From Parvularia atlantis (lineage: Eukaryota): a stretch of 46,033 bases of DNA. Shown here one piece after another: positions 10,595 to 23,800 of the stretch. Where the stretch lies: positions 1 through 46,033 of the forward strand of contig CALSCO010000263.1 of assembly GCA_943704415.1 (NCBI GenBank), read 5' to 3'. The position numbers were made by a program, and so were the translations under genes. The stretch's first letter is position 1, and each line of letters opens with the position of its first letter. The notes under the pieces were generated by a model. The model was not told the origin of the DNA and searched no databases. It was given only the letters and a program-made list of their open reading frames with translations.

Positions 10595-12495
10595 ATGGCC
10601 GGCGTACTGACCACCGCGGACCTGTCGCCCAACGCGGCGCGCCTCTACGCGACGCTCAAGACGTTCTGCGAGGTGCCGCACGTCCTGCGCCTCCCGTGCA
10701 TGGCCGTGCTCACGATGTGCGTGCACAGACCGACTGCAAGGACGCCGAGGCCGTGTTCCTGCAGCAGCACGCGGCGCAGGCCGACCGCTGGCAGGTGCGG
10801 CGCGCGTCGTTCCCTCCGGGGGTGGTTGCCCGCGACTGACGGCGCGCCGGGGCCACGCAGACGCCGCGCGTGGTCGAGGACCTCAAGCGCAAGGCCAAGC
10901 AGCTCGGCCTGTGGAACCTGTTCCTGCCCAAGGGCTACAAGGAGAGCCCCGGTGCGCCGTCCGTCGAGCGTGTGAACGGCACTGACCTTCACCGCCAGGC
11001 CTCACAAACCTCGAGTACGCGCACATGGCCGAGGTCATGGGCAAGTACCCGCTCGCATCCGAGGCATGCAACTGCTCCGCGCCCGACACGGGCAACATGG
11101 AGGTGCGCCGTGCGCCTCGGACGCGACCGTCAGCAACAACGACGGCGCGCGCGCGCGTAGGTCATCGCCAAGTACGGCACAGACGAGCAGAAGGCCAGGT
11201 GGCTCGTGCCGCTCATGAGCGGCGAGATCCGCTCCGTGTTCTTCATGACCGAGCCCGCAGTGGCCTCGTCCGACGCGACCAACATCGAGTCGCGCATCTC
11301 CAAGGTGGTGCTTGCAGTTGATCGCGCAGCCTCTCACGTGCGTGTGCGCACGTGGCCAGGACGGCGACTACTACGTGATCAACGGCCGCAAGTGGTGGTC
11401 GTCGGGCGTGATGGACCACCGCTGCAAGATCGGTGCGCTCGCAGTCGCGCCCGCTCGCACGCTGCTCACCGCGCCCGCACAGGCATCTTCATGGGCAAGA
11501 CTGCGCCCGATAGCTCGGACGTGCACCGGCAGCAGTCAATGATCCTCGTGCCGCTCGGTGCGCCCGCGCTGGACCCCGCGCTTGCCAGGCGCTCATGATG
11601 GACGGGCAGACACCCCCGGCGTCAAGATCGTGCGCGCCCTCACCGTCTTCGGCTTTGACGACGCGCCGCACGGCCACGGCGAGGTCGAGTTTGTCAACGT
11701 GCGCGTGCACAAGTCCAACCTGCTGCTCGGCGAGGGCCGCGGCTTCGAGATTGCGCAGGGCCGCCTCGGTCCCGGTGCGCACGCACCGCGCAGCCTGACC
11801 GCAGCGGCTCACGCGTGCGTGCTCAGGCCGCATCCACCACTGCATGCGCTCGATCGGCGTGGGGGAGCGCGCCATCGAGGCCATGGTCGCGCGCGCCGTC
11901 TCGCGCAAGGGTGCGCCGCCGCCGGCACCGTGTCTCCTTCGACGCGTGACTGACCTGCGCGCGCTGCCAGCCTTCGGCCGCCTGCTGATCGAGCAGGGCA
12001 CGGTGCAGCGCGACCTTGCCGACTCGCGCATCGAGCTCGACGCCGCACGCCTGCTCGTGCTCCACGCTGCAGACATGATCGACCGCCAGGGCGCCAAGGC
12101 CGCGCGCGCCGAGATCAGCATGATCAAGGTGCCTCGTCTGTGCGTCGCGGCGCACGGCTGACACGCGTGCCGCGCCAGGTGCTCGTGCCCAACGTCGTGC
12201 TCAAGGTGCTCGACCGGGCGATCCAGGTGCACGGGGGCGCGGGCGTGTCGCAGGACTTTTTCCTGGCGCGGGCGTGGTCCGGGTGCGTTGCGTGCGCACA
12301 CGCGGTGCTGTGTACGTACCGCCCACTGACAAGTGCTGCGCGACGGGCAGCATGCGCACGCTGCGCCTTGCCGACGGCCCGGACGAGGTGCATGCGCGCC
12401 TCGTGGCGATGATGGAGGTGCGCAAGCAGCTCAAGAAGGCCGGCGTCGAGCTGCCGCGCGCCGACGACGCGCGCAAGACCTTCGCGCGCCTGTGA
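10595..12495 (+). CDS. Acyl-CoA dehydrogenase (ACAD10/11/IBR3-type, dehydrogenase domain only), peroxisomal
   Basis: [80 protein letters not shown] and [13 protein letters not shown]. Ends in PTS1-like -ARL. Confidence 0.95.
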
Positions 12496-12579
12496 AGGGT
12501 GGATGGATCGTTGTCAGGTCGCGTGGTGGCGCTGGTGAAGCGGAGCCACGTGCATTTTTGCTTTGTCGCCACCCACACG

Positions 12580-13142
12580 ATGCGCGGCGGACCGGGCGCA
12601 GGTGCGCGGCGCACGCGCGTCACCCGGTGCGCACCCACACCGCCCGCGGACCTCGTCCGCGCAGGTCGCGACGTGCTCGTGGGCGCGCCCTTCTGGGGCG
12701 AGATCACGGCGACGATCGACTGGTGTGCCGCGTGCGCGCGCCCGCGTGGCGGTTGCGCACTGACGCCGCGCGCCGTCGCCGCAGGTGCGAGCAGAACTAC
12801 GTGCGTCGCGGGCTGGGGCCGTGCGCACGCACGACGTGGCTGACGGGAGGGAGGGGAGGGGATCCCGCGCAGGTCTTCGAGTACGTCGCGGAGCTGTACA
12901 ACACGCTGACCAACGCGTCGATGGCGCTGCTGGCGCTGTACGGGCTGTACCAGATGCGCCAGGTGCCGCTGCTCGCCGTGTCGCGCGCGTCGTGGACGTC
13001 GTCGTGCTGACGGACGTGCGGCGCGAAAGATCCCCGGCGGCATCGAGAAGCGCTACCTGCTTAGCTGGCTCGGCGTGCTCCTCGTCGCCCTCGGCTCGAC
13101 CGCGTTCCACGGCACGCTGCGCTACGACATGCAGGCGCGTGC

Positions 13143-13177
<35 letters not shown>

Positions 13178-14065
13178 CCCTCGCCGCGATCCGCCTCGTT
13201 GGACTGACGTGCACACGTCGCAGCTGCTCGACGAGCTGCCGATGCTCTACTCGGCCGCGAGCGTCATCTACTGGTGCGTCTTGCGTGTGCGGCTCGCCAT
13301 CGCGCGCGCTCAGCGGTGCCTCCGCAGCCTGTACGAGGACGAGCCGAAGGACAAGCACAAGAGCTGGCTGCCGCTGTTCCTCACGGCGCTTTGCGGGGTG
13401 CGTGCGCGCTGCTCCGCCCGCTATCGGCCGATGCTGAGCAAGCGCGCAGGGCGTGACGTACGTCTACCTGTTCGTGTTCAAGAACCCGATGCTGCACGAG
13501 ATCGTGTACGGCATCATGGTCGTCGTGCTCACGAGCAAGTGCTTCCTGCTGGCGCGGCAGCACGGCAACGTGCGTCCTTGTGCTCGTGCCGCTCGCCGTG
13601 GCTGAACGGTGCGTGCCGCGAGCAGAAGGACCCGATCTTCCTGCGCATATTCTTCCTCTCGTCGGGCATGTTCGTCGTCGCCTGGATCCTCTGGAACATC
13701 GACAACCAGGTGCGCGGTCACATGGGCTTGGCGCTGGCGCGCACTGATGCGCGCCGCTAGTTCTGCACAGAGCTCCGCGAGCTGCGCGTTCAGGTCGGCC
13801 CGCTGTGGGCACCGCTGCTTGAGCTGCATGGGTGCGCGCGTGTGCACCTCAGCAGGCGTGGAACAAGCGTGCTAACACGTGCGGGCGTAGCTGGTGGCAC
13901 CTGGGCACGGGCTACTCGTCGTACATCCTCGTCCTGTTCTCGGTCATCATGCGCCAGCGCATCCTCGGCCGCGACGCCACGTTTGGCTTCAGCTTCGGCG
14001 GCATCATCCCCTACATCGTGCTGAACGACGGCAGCATCGGCCGCACCAGCCGCAAAGCGTACTGA
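12580..14065 (+). CDS. Alkaline (phyto)ceramidase, ACER3/YPC1 family
   Basis: FWGEITATIDWCEQNY...YVAELYNTLTN, GSTAFHGTLRYDMQLLDELPMLY, WNIDNQFC and LELHGWWHLGTG. Includes a 16-nt microexon and a GC-AG intron. Confidence 0.95.
13145..13174 (+). repeat. (CT)15 microsatellite inside a GC-AG intron of the ceramidase gene
   Basis: Read directly from the sequence. Confidence 0.95.
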
Positions 14066-14132
14066 GTGCGCACACACCCTCCTCGTGTACAGCTCCCGTC
14101 GCTCATTTGGGCATCCAAGTGAAAGAGTGCCA

Positions 14133-16035
14133 TCACTCGTCGACGTGCTCCTCCGGCCCATGCACGTCACCGTCGCTCTCCTCGCTCTCCTTCCCGTCCT
14201 CGTCCTCCTGTTCGCTCTCGTCGTCGTTGCCGAGCACCGCGCCCTCGAACAGGTACCGGTTCGGCGGCACAAAGGTGAACGGCTCTTCCTCAGCTTCGCT
14301 GCTCGCCGTCGCCTCTTTGCCCGACCAGGCTGTGTCTGCCGGCGGCGGCAGCACCCTCGCCTCGCACGGCTGCCGTGCGGGCTGCAGCGGCGATCCGATC
14401 AGCCGCTCGAGCTTGTCCTGCCACCCGAGACGCTAGTGCACGCACGCATGGACGCTCAGCAATTGCACCAGCAAAAGCGCGCAGACGCACGCGGCACAGC
14501 TCGCCGATGACCACGTCGCAGTCGCCGAGCAGCTCGACGTCAAACTGCATGTGCCGGATGGGCTCGCGGTTGATCAGCACCTGCGGCACGTCCGGCGAAA
14601 GGTAGCCTGGACCGCGGGCTGCCTGTGAGCGGCCGCGGCACATCGAGCGAGCACGCGCACCCATGATACCCGCGACGGGCTCGACCTTGAGCGACGAGCC
14701 GATGACAACGAGCAGGTCGACCTGGTCGCGGTCCTCCATCAGCAGGCGCTCAAAGTCGTCCGACTGCGCGCGTGTGAGCTGGGTGCGGACAGGCCGTGCA
14801 CGCACGCGCACTAGCTTCTGGCCGAAGAAGACGATGTCCGGCTTGAGCACGTACGGCGGCTTGCGCTCGGCGTCATCGTCCTCGTCATCCTCGCCGTCCT
14901 CGTCACCCGCTTTGCGCTTCCGCCGCACGTACGCCTCACGCACTTGCTGCTCGCGCGCCGTGCACAGCGGGCAGTACGGCACGCGCTGCGCCATCACGTC
15001 GGCGCGGATGGCCTCGCCGTCGACCTTGTGCTGGCAGCGCATGCACGTCGCGGTGCTGAACGAGCCTGCGTCGCGCTGTCAGGACAGCGGAAAGCGACGA
15101 GAGCGCACGTCACCGTGGCACTGGAACACGCGGGTCACACCGGCCACGTTCTCGAGCGTGTCGATGTTCTGCGTGTAGTTGCGCAGCAGCTGCCCGCGCT
15201 CCTCAAGCAGGCGGATGAAGTAGTGGCTGGGCGACGGGCGGAAGTTGCCCGGGAACAGCTCCTTGGCGAACGAGAAGAAGGGCTCGGGCTTGTCCCTGCG
15301 GTGCGTGCGTCAGCGCGACGAATGTGGTGATGGCGGCGCACAGAAAGTAGACGATGTCAAACATGTCCTCAGGCTGCTCCATGCGATACTCGTCACGCAG
15401 CCGCCGGTAGATGCCGTTGCGCGAGCGGAAGTCAGGAATGCCGCAGCTGTGGTGGCGCGCGCGCATCAGTGAGTCGTGCTCGTCGGCAGCGTCGGCAGCG
15501 ACGGCAGCGCACCTCACCGACACGCCCGCGCCCGTCAAGACCATGATGCGGCGGCTCCTGCGCGCGGTCAGCACCTAGGCGGCTGTGCACACGGCCAACG
15601 CACCGCCGCAGCAGGTCGAGCACGTCGTCGAGCGTGTTGACGTGTGCGAGCTTGGATCGGACGCGCAGGTACGACACGGCGACGCGGTGAAAGTGCACCA
15701 GCAGCCTCTGCGCACGGCGCCGTCAGCACGCAGACAGCAGCATCGGGCACTAGAGAACGCACGTCCGGCAGCGCGAGACCCGCCAGCTCCGCCTGCGGCA
15801 CGCCGAGCACGAGCGCGATCAGCCGGTCGACGGCCATCGGCGGCTCGCGCAGCAGCAGCTCGGCCATCCACCGCCGCCGCCCGACCTCGCTCAGCCGCAT
15901 CTGGTGCGCCGCAATCTCCTCGTCCGTGAGCAGCTCGCTCGCTCCGCCCCGCGCCGCCGTCGCGCCCAGCACCAGCGCGCGCAGCCGCGCCTCGGCCGTG
16001 TCCAGAACAACGGTGACAGAGCCAGCGGCCGTCAT
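14133..16035 (-). CDS. SIR2: NAD-dependent deacetylase, Sir2/SIRT1 class Ia
   Basis: VLTGAGVSVSCGIPDFRS, LRNYTQNIDTLE, QCHGSFSTATCMRC, CPLC...KPDIVFFG, DLLVVIGSSLKVEPV, INREP, FDVELLGDCD and the C-terminal FVPPNRYLFEGA motif. Confidence 0.95.
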
Positions 16036-16055
16036 CGTTTCGAGGCTCGAACAGG

Positions 16056-17811
16056 ATGCGCCGCATGGCCGTGGCCGTCGTCGCGATCGCCGCGCTCGTC
16101 GTGCTGCTGCGCGCGGCGACGGCGGCGCCCGTCGACGTGGACGACGGTGGCCGCGGGACGATTGCGAGACGGTGGCCGATCGCGTGCGTCACGGGCGTGC
16201 GCGCGCCGCGGCTGGCGGACGAGCCGCACGTGGCCGTGTACGAGAACGAGTGGGCGGCGCGGCCGTGGGACGAGTGCCACCACCGCCTCGTGCGCATGCC
16301 CGGTGGCGGGCTCGACAAGACAGACGCGCACGTCGACGTGGCGCACGAGTGGCTGCTGCTGCAGGGCGCCATCCGCTCCGAGTCGCCCTCGGCCCAGGCG
16401 CGCACGCTCGTCCCGTTCTGGTGCGTGTTTGACACGGGCGAGACGACCTCGTCCACGCCGCGCGAGGCGATCGACCACCGCGACCACAAGCACTCGTCCG
16501 TGCGCACCTGCCCCGTGCCGCGGCGCGCACAGCGCGTGCTCGACGACCTGCAGCCGGTGCACGTGCGCGTCGGTGCGCGACGAGCCGATCATGTGCGCTG
16601 CCTCGCCGTAGTCTCACGCGTGGCGCACGCGGCAGTCGCGCCCTTCTCGCGCATCCCCGAGGACGTACCGGGGGCACGGCTCAACGTGGGCGCCGAGCCC
16701 GAGGCTGGCTGGATACGCATCTGCCCGCACACGCACCGCTGTTCGCCCGAGCGCCGCGCCGAGCTGCGCCTGCCGCACAACCTGCCCGTGTTCTTCTTGC
16801 CGCGCGAGCCGCTACCCGCGCGCCTCTTTGGTGACGGCCGAGTGCCGGCGACGATGCGCCCGCGGCTGCGACGCCGCGAGCTGGCCGCGATGACGCCCGC
16901 CCAGCTGCAGGGCCTCGGGCGCCCGTACGTGTACAAGCTCGTCGGCTGCACAATGACCGAGTCGACCGCCGCCCTCACCGACTGGATCGAGTACCACCAC
17001 CTCGTCGGCTTCGACCGCCTCGTCGTGTATGACCACCACCGGGGCCAGCCGGGCAGCACGCCGCCACTGCTGGACGCGCTGCGGCCGCAGATCGAGCGCG
17101 GCTACGTCGAGCACGCACCTTGGCGCTACTTTGGCCCGAACGACGGTGAGCCGTTCGCGGCTGACGACTGGATTCTGCAGCAGGTGCGCAATCCCGCGCA
17201 GCACCGTGCGCTTTGTCGAACACCTGGCGCAGGTGCTTTCCAACAACCACTGCATTGTGCGCTACGCGGGGCTGGCCAAGTGGATTGGCATGTTTGACCG
17301 CGACGAGTACATGCACGCGCGTGGCAACTACAGCTCCGTGCCCGAGGTGCTGGACGACGTCGAGCACACGCAGCCGCCCCATTTCGTTGCGGCGCACGCC
17401 TACTCCTGGTGCGCGCACACAGCCATGCTGCGCGCACGCGGGCTCACTCCAGCGGCAGGTTCTTCCGCGAGAAGGAGGGGTCGCGCGCGCGGCTGTTCAA
17501 TGGTGCGCTGGCCGGCGCCGCGTTCGCTGAAGCTGACCGACGCCTCAGCCCGCAACACCCTCGCCGACACGCAGCCCTTCCGCGATGGGCGGCAGAAGAC
17601 GTTCCTCCTCGCCGACCGCGCGCTGTACCATGCCGTGCACCAGCTCACGCAGCCGCACGTCACATGCTCGGCATCGCTCGACGGCTTCACCGTCATGCGC
17701 ATGGCGCACATGAAGCCGGGCTGGAGCGACTCGACATGGAAGCCGGACCTGACCTTCACGTATTACGAGCCCGAGCTGCTGCGGCGCCTCGCACGGCTGA
17801 AAACGCAATGA
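16056..17811 (+). CDS. Type II membrane glycosyltransferase, GT92/DUF23-like (GT-A fold)
   Basis: N-terminal signal/anchor MAVAVVAIAALVVLL. YKLVGCTM...DWIEYHHLVGFDRLVVYD and NHCIVRYAGLAKWIGMFDRDEY (DxD motif). Confidence 0.8.
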
Positions 17812-17858
17812 CGGCCGCCCCATTGTATTCATTGACTTGCGCAGCACAGAACAGCGGC

Positions 17859-20800
17859 TCACGGCAGCGCCTCGAGCAGCGCGTTGACATTCCTGCGCGC
17901 ACGCGCGTCTCAGACGAGCGCGCATGATGCATGTCATGACGCACCACACGTTCGACTGGGGCGCCGCAGCATCCGCGCCCTGGTAGCGCTGCACACACGA
18001 CGCGAGCACGGCGATGTCCGCCGACAGGCCCTCCTGCGCGCGGCCCAGGTCAGTGTGCAGCTGCAACGGGCGAGCCGGAAAAGCCGGCCACCTTGCGCGG
18101 CCGCTGCACCACTGTGTGCAGAACGCGCTCGAGGGAGCGGTGCTCGTCAGTAAGGAACGGCAGCGCCTGCGCGGTCTCGTGATCAGCGCGAACGACAGCA
18201 CAGGGCTGTACGTGTACCCGAAGCAGCGAGCGCCAGCGCGCGAGGTCGGCGTTCGGCGCGGCGACAACGTGGCGGATGAGCAGCTCGGTCTCGCGGTCCC
18301 ACTGGCCAGCGTTGAGAAGGCTCAGCAGAAACTCTGTGCGCAGCATGAGCGCATGGGATCGCTCAGACGCGGACGCACCGCTGATTGTCTGCTCGTAGCC
18401 GTCGCCGAAGACCGCCAGCAGCTCAGCGCATGCCGTGCGCAGCACGTGGTCGTCAGCCGCGTCGCTCGTGTCCTCGTGCGACCACGCCAGCAGCGCTGCC
18501 TTGCTTTTGGAGAAGCGTCCGGAGCGCGGTGCCGCACCAAGTAGCTCGGCGACGCCGGGCACGCTCGGACGTCGCAGCAGCGCAGCCAGGCCGTACAGCC
18601 ACAGGAAGCTGCGGCGCGCAGACCGTGAGCGTCAGCACCATCGCGCACATGCCAGCGACAGACGCACAGTTCTGCCGTCTCGCTCGGATCCACGAGTGCG
18701 CCGGGCAGCACGGCCCACGCGCGCAGCAAGAGCTCGACCGCGTGCAGACCGAGCCGCTCATGGTGCACAAAGAGCGCCTGGACGAGCAGCGGCTGCAGGC
18801 CGCCAAAGACTTCGCGCTGCAGCTGCGCCCACGGCTCCGCGGCCTTTGCGGGAAGCGTCTGGCCTGCACGACGCGCGGGGCCTTAGACGCGACGCCTCGC
18901 ACACGCACGGTTGGCGCACCGGCGTCGGCGAGGCGCCGCACATACGCCGCACAGTTGGCCAGCGCCTGCGCGTGGATGGTCGGGTGCGTCTCGACGGCTG
19001 TGTTGAGGTACGCCAGCGACGCGAGCAGCAGCGTCGGCTGTGCGACCACGTCCGTCGCACGGTCGGCAATCAGCAGCTGCGAGGCACACAGGTGAGCGCT
19101 CGGCAGGCGAGGCGCACAAGCACTCACCGCAAACGACTGCAGAATGCCGAGCGTCTTGACCTGCGACTCGCTCTGCAGCAGCGTCAGTGCGGCCTCGCGC
19201 AGGTGGTTCTGCAGCGCGTGTGAGTCGACAGTTCGAGAACGGCCGGCAACAGCACCTTGAGCGGGGCGACGTCGCGCGTCGTGACAGGCGAGAGGATCAG
19301 GCAGTGCGCGTGCAGCAGCGCCGCGCGGCTCGTCAGCTCAGAGGGCTGCAAAGTGGTCAACGAAAGCGCCACAGCACGGCTGCCTGCAGCACGCACAAGC
19401 GACGGCGACGCTGCCCAAAATAGCGTCTCGCGAGCCAGGCCGTCCAGCAGCCCGGCCCAGCCAAACGTCTCCTGCAGGCGCGGGAGTAGCTCGGCGACCG
19501 ATAGCGTCAGCTGGCTTTGGCCCGGTTTCTTGACATCGTCGTCGTCGGTCGACCTAGGCAGCTTGCGGTTAGACGGTCGACGTCGTCGTCGGCGACGCGC
19601 GCCACGCACCACAACAACCGGTGCGGCCAGGCGGGATCGAGCAGTGACGCCACAAAAGACGCGGTGCTGTGCGCTGCTGCAGTCGCGCCGTCGACGGCCG
19701 CGCCCGCGGTTGCGACGTGGATCGCGCCACGCACGAGCGACAGCAGGCAGAACGACGCGATGCTCGGCCTGTCCACCGGCAGGCAGACGTCAGCACGGCC
19801 CGCTGGTCATCACGACTGCATGTGCGCACACACCCGTATGGGTCCGGCAGGTGCAGCAGCACGTGCGAGACGACCGTCGGCAGGTGGCGCACAAGCGGTT
19901 TGATGTCGGTCACGCCCAGCTCGCCGACCAGCTGACGAAGCGCGATCAGCGAGTGGCGTGCAGCGACAGACAGCCATATAGCGCGCGCACGAGCATGCAG
20001 ATGGCCGAGCGGTGGCCGTAGTCGCATGCAGCGTGCAGCGCGGACGCAAACACGTCCGGCTCGGCCTGCGGCAGATGCGCGCATCATCAACTGCCGCAGT
20101 CGATGCTTGCCGTATGCACCGCAAACATCTTGCCGGCGACCTCGATCGCCGCGTCTGTCTCGTTCACTCGCACTCCGCCACCGCGCGACGTCTGTGACGA
20201 CGTGGACGGACCCGAGCCGATGGACGACGTCGACGCCGTGGACTGCGGGCACGTGCAGATCAGCGGCAGACGTCACACCGAGCGGGCTGAGTACGTACGG
20301 CCTTGCGCATGCGACCGACGCTTGGTGCGAGCGGCGCCCACGTCACAGCGACGTTTTGTCCGTACGTGGCGGCCTGACGCGCGGCCGTCAGTGGGCGAGC
20401 CAGCAGCATGCAATAATTGCGACGAGACGCACGCGCAGCTGGCTGAGTAGCGATGTGAGGGCCGTCTGCGGGTGCTGCGCGTACACCTCGGCCAGGAACG
20501 ACACGCTCAGCGGCAGCGGCGCCTTGTGCGCGAGCGCATTGAGCGCGGCCGTGGACGCGTGTGCTGCGCGCGCTGATTGTCAGTGTCACGTCTGGCGCAG
20601 CCGCGAGCAGTCACCGCCGCTCATGCCGCTCATTGTTGAGCGCTCGTCCGCGTGCAAGAACGTCCTTGCGCCGCATTCAGCAACCCGGCCGGGCAGCCAC
20701 CCCCCATGCACGCGTGCGCACTCGTTCAGCGTCGTCGACGACGTGCTCATGGCCACGACCCAGACAAACACTGACGACAGGATGCGCGCGTTGCGCGTGC

Positions 20801-23800
20801 CAACGCTGTCACTGCAATACGGCGTCAGCAGTGCGCACATACCAACAATAGCGCGTCGCACCTGTCGGGCTCGGTGGCGCTCGAGAGCAGGCTGCTGATC
20901 GCCGCGCACGACCGCTCCGAAAGCGTCGGATAGGCGTACGCAAAGGTCACCAAGTCGGTCTGCGCACGGTGTCACGCCATGCACCAACACAGCAGATATG
21001 CGCACCAGCACGCGCCGCTCAGGAGAGGCGTCGTCGCCGAGGTTGGCCGAGAGGTCAATGTGCGCGAGCATGGGCACAACGAGCTCATAGACAAAGCTGC
21101 GTGTGCCCATCATGAGCCGTGAACGGTAGCAGGCAGGCAGCGCACCGGCGGCGATCGGTCAGGTGCGCGGTCGGGCCGGGCCGCTCGAGCAGTGTCAGGC
21201 AGCGGAAGGCCTCCGTCACGAATGCGAGCGCGATCGGGCCCAGCGCGGGCGCCACGGCCTCGATCAGCTGCACCGCTGCGGCGACGAGCGCGGCCGGTCG
21301 CGTAGCCGCAAAGGCCTGGCGGAACGGCGCGAGCACGACGACTGGGTCTGTGGCAACAGCGATCAGCGGCAGCGGGGACAGGGCGCGTGCGCACCGAGCG
21401 CGCCGTCGGGCTTGACGCGGTTCGCCCACAGGGCAGACAAGAGGCGCTCGACGAGTGCGGCGGCGCGCTGGCGAACGCTTCCGTCGCCGTGCGTTAGGTG
21501 GTACAGGCCTGCACGACAGCAACGATCAGCCGCAGCCACCGCTGCCTCGCGCGGCGCACCGAGGAGCAGCAGCGGGCCGGCGTGGTCGAGCAGCTTGTTG
21601 ACGAGCTGCGCGGCTGCCGGCGAGGGTCCCGCGGCACCGCCTGATCGTTGCGCGTGTGAGACGGACAGCGATCGACCTAGCGTGGACACGCACTGGGCGA
21701 GATCTCGAGCTGGCTCATCTGCCACTCATTGTCCAGGCGCGCCAGCAGCCGGGCAAAGCCCTCGAGACGGTCAGTCGGGCCAAAGTCATCCTCGCCCTGT
21801 GCCCCGAGCGCGCGGCCGAGGTGCGCACTGCGCCCGGCACGGCGGCGCGACGGCACGGCGAGGTCGCACAGCGCATGGAAGCTCGCGACGGCCTCGACGG
21901 GCTCGGCGCTGGGCAGCGTGAGTACATGTTTTCGGCTGCATTCGCACCGCTACGCACGTGTAGATCGACGTGAGCAGCGGCTCAAAGACTGACGTGAAGG
22001 CGAACGCAGTCACGGGCGCGAGCACCTCGGCGCCGCGGCTCTCGATGCGCGTGAGCCACTGTAGGTCGGCCGGGCCGCAGCCAGCGAGGTCGAACGGCGA
22101 GCCGAGCAGGACGAGCATCTGCACAGGCGCCGCTGAGAGGGCACAAGGTCGAACACCGACGCGCACCTCGATCGCGCGCACGGTGCCGTCGCGCAGCAGC
22201 AGCAGCGGATCGTCCGCGGGCGGCTTGGTCTTGGTCGTCGTCACCTGTGCATTGCCGCCAGTCAGCCACGACCCAAGCCTTCAGCGTGCAGCGCGCCGAT
22301 CGGTCGAGCAGCGCAAGTTGCGCCCAGTCGTGCGTGGCGCGCAGCGTCGTGAAGATGCGACGACGCTCGGCATCCGGCCAGTTGGCCTGCCGCGGCCCGA
22401 GCCAGCGCGTGGCAAAGAGCGTGCTGCCGTGCGGCACGAGCGCGTGGCGCAGCAGCTGATCGTTGCCGAGCGTGTCGGCGAGGGCCGCGACCGCCTGGCT
22501 GTATGCGAGCGCGAGGCCGAGCGGAAAGGCGGCGACGGCGGCGGCGTTGACCGGGGTGGCCGCTGCGCCAGCAGCACCAGGGCCAGAGGAGGCAAAAGAG
22601 GTCGACGACAGGCCGAGGGCAGTCAGGTGCGACTCGATGTCGAGCACGATCTTGCTGACGTAGGGCAGCAGCGGCTTATCGGTGCCCGGCTGCTGCAGCT
22701 GGTTCGCAAAGTACGGGTTCATGCACACGAACCTACGCGCACAAGCACCGTCAGATCAGGCACTCGCGTGCACACCTGGCCACGCACGCAACAAAGGCCG
22801 CTGCGTTGTCCTTGTACTTGGACTTGCGCTTCATCGTCGCCTTGCCCTCGTCGGCCTCCAGCAGCCTGCGCGCGGCATCAGTCATGCGTAGGGCCGACAC
22901 GCAAAAAAAAAAAAAAAAGTAAACGCACCAGCTTGCGTACGAGCTCAGCAGCACGCCGAGCGCGTTCTCGCTCGCAAAGTACGCCGCGCTCGACATTGCG
23001 CGCCGCACCCACGCCGATTCGCCGATCATGTGCTGCGCCCGCGGCGCCTCAGTCCGCGAGCGACACCCGTGCACGCCGTGTCACACCGTCCAGTAGAACT
23101 CCTCAAAGGCCTCGAACAGCAGGCCGGTCTTGGCCGCGCGGCGGGTGCGCACGTCGATGCTCGTCACGGCGTCCTGAAAAGAGGCCGGGAGTGAGCCGCG
23201 GGCGCTCAACAAGCAGCGCACGAGCACAGACCGCAACGCCGCACATGGCCATCGTCAGCATCACGATCGCGGGGAACGCGTCTGTGAGTAAGAACAGGTG
23301 AGCTGCACGGCGTGCCAATGGGCCGGCGAGCGCACTGTCGCTGTCGATCGGCGCAAAGTACACCGGCGCGTCGCGTGCGGGCGCCGTCTCGACCGCAGCC
23401 GGCGGGATGAGCAACCGCAGCAGCTGCGTGCACCGGAACACGCTCTGCTTGCGTCCTGTACAGCCCGATCAGCACGCTTGCGGGCTCAGACGGTCTCAGC
23501 ACACCGTTGCGTGCAAACAGCCGCGCCGCCTCGGCCAGGTAGAACGCCGACAGCCCCGCGTACTCGCTGCAGACGACGGTCGCGAACGGCAGCTGCTCCA
23601 TGCCTGCGTACTGCAAGCTCTTCCTGCAACGACGAGCTAGCTGTCTCAGCTGCCCCGCTCACGCAGCAGGCGCGACTGCCGCACCAGCGGCAGCCACGGC
23701 AGGCGCTGAGCAGGAAGGCGGTGCGGGCGCGCGCGACGATCGTTGCTCTGGCACAGCGTGAGCTCGCCCGACCGTCCAGCACGCCAGCGCTGCGCACTCG

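Noticed and set aside
22903..22919. A-homopolymer runs (also 34231 and 44063) as retroposon poly(A) tails
   Set aside because: They are T-runs inside small minus-strand introns, with no target-site duplication or element body.
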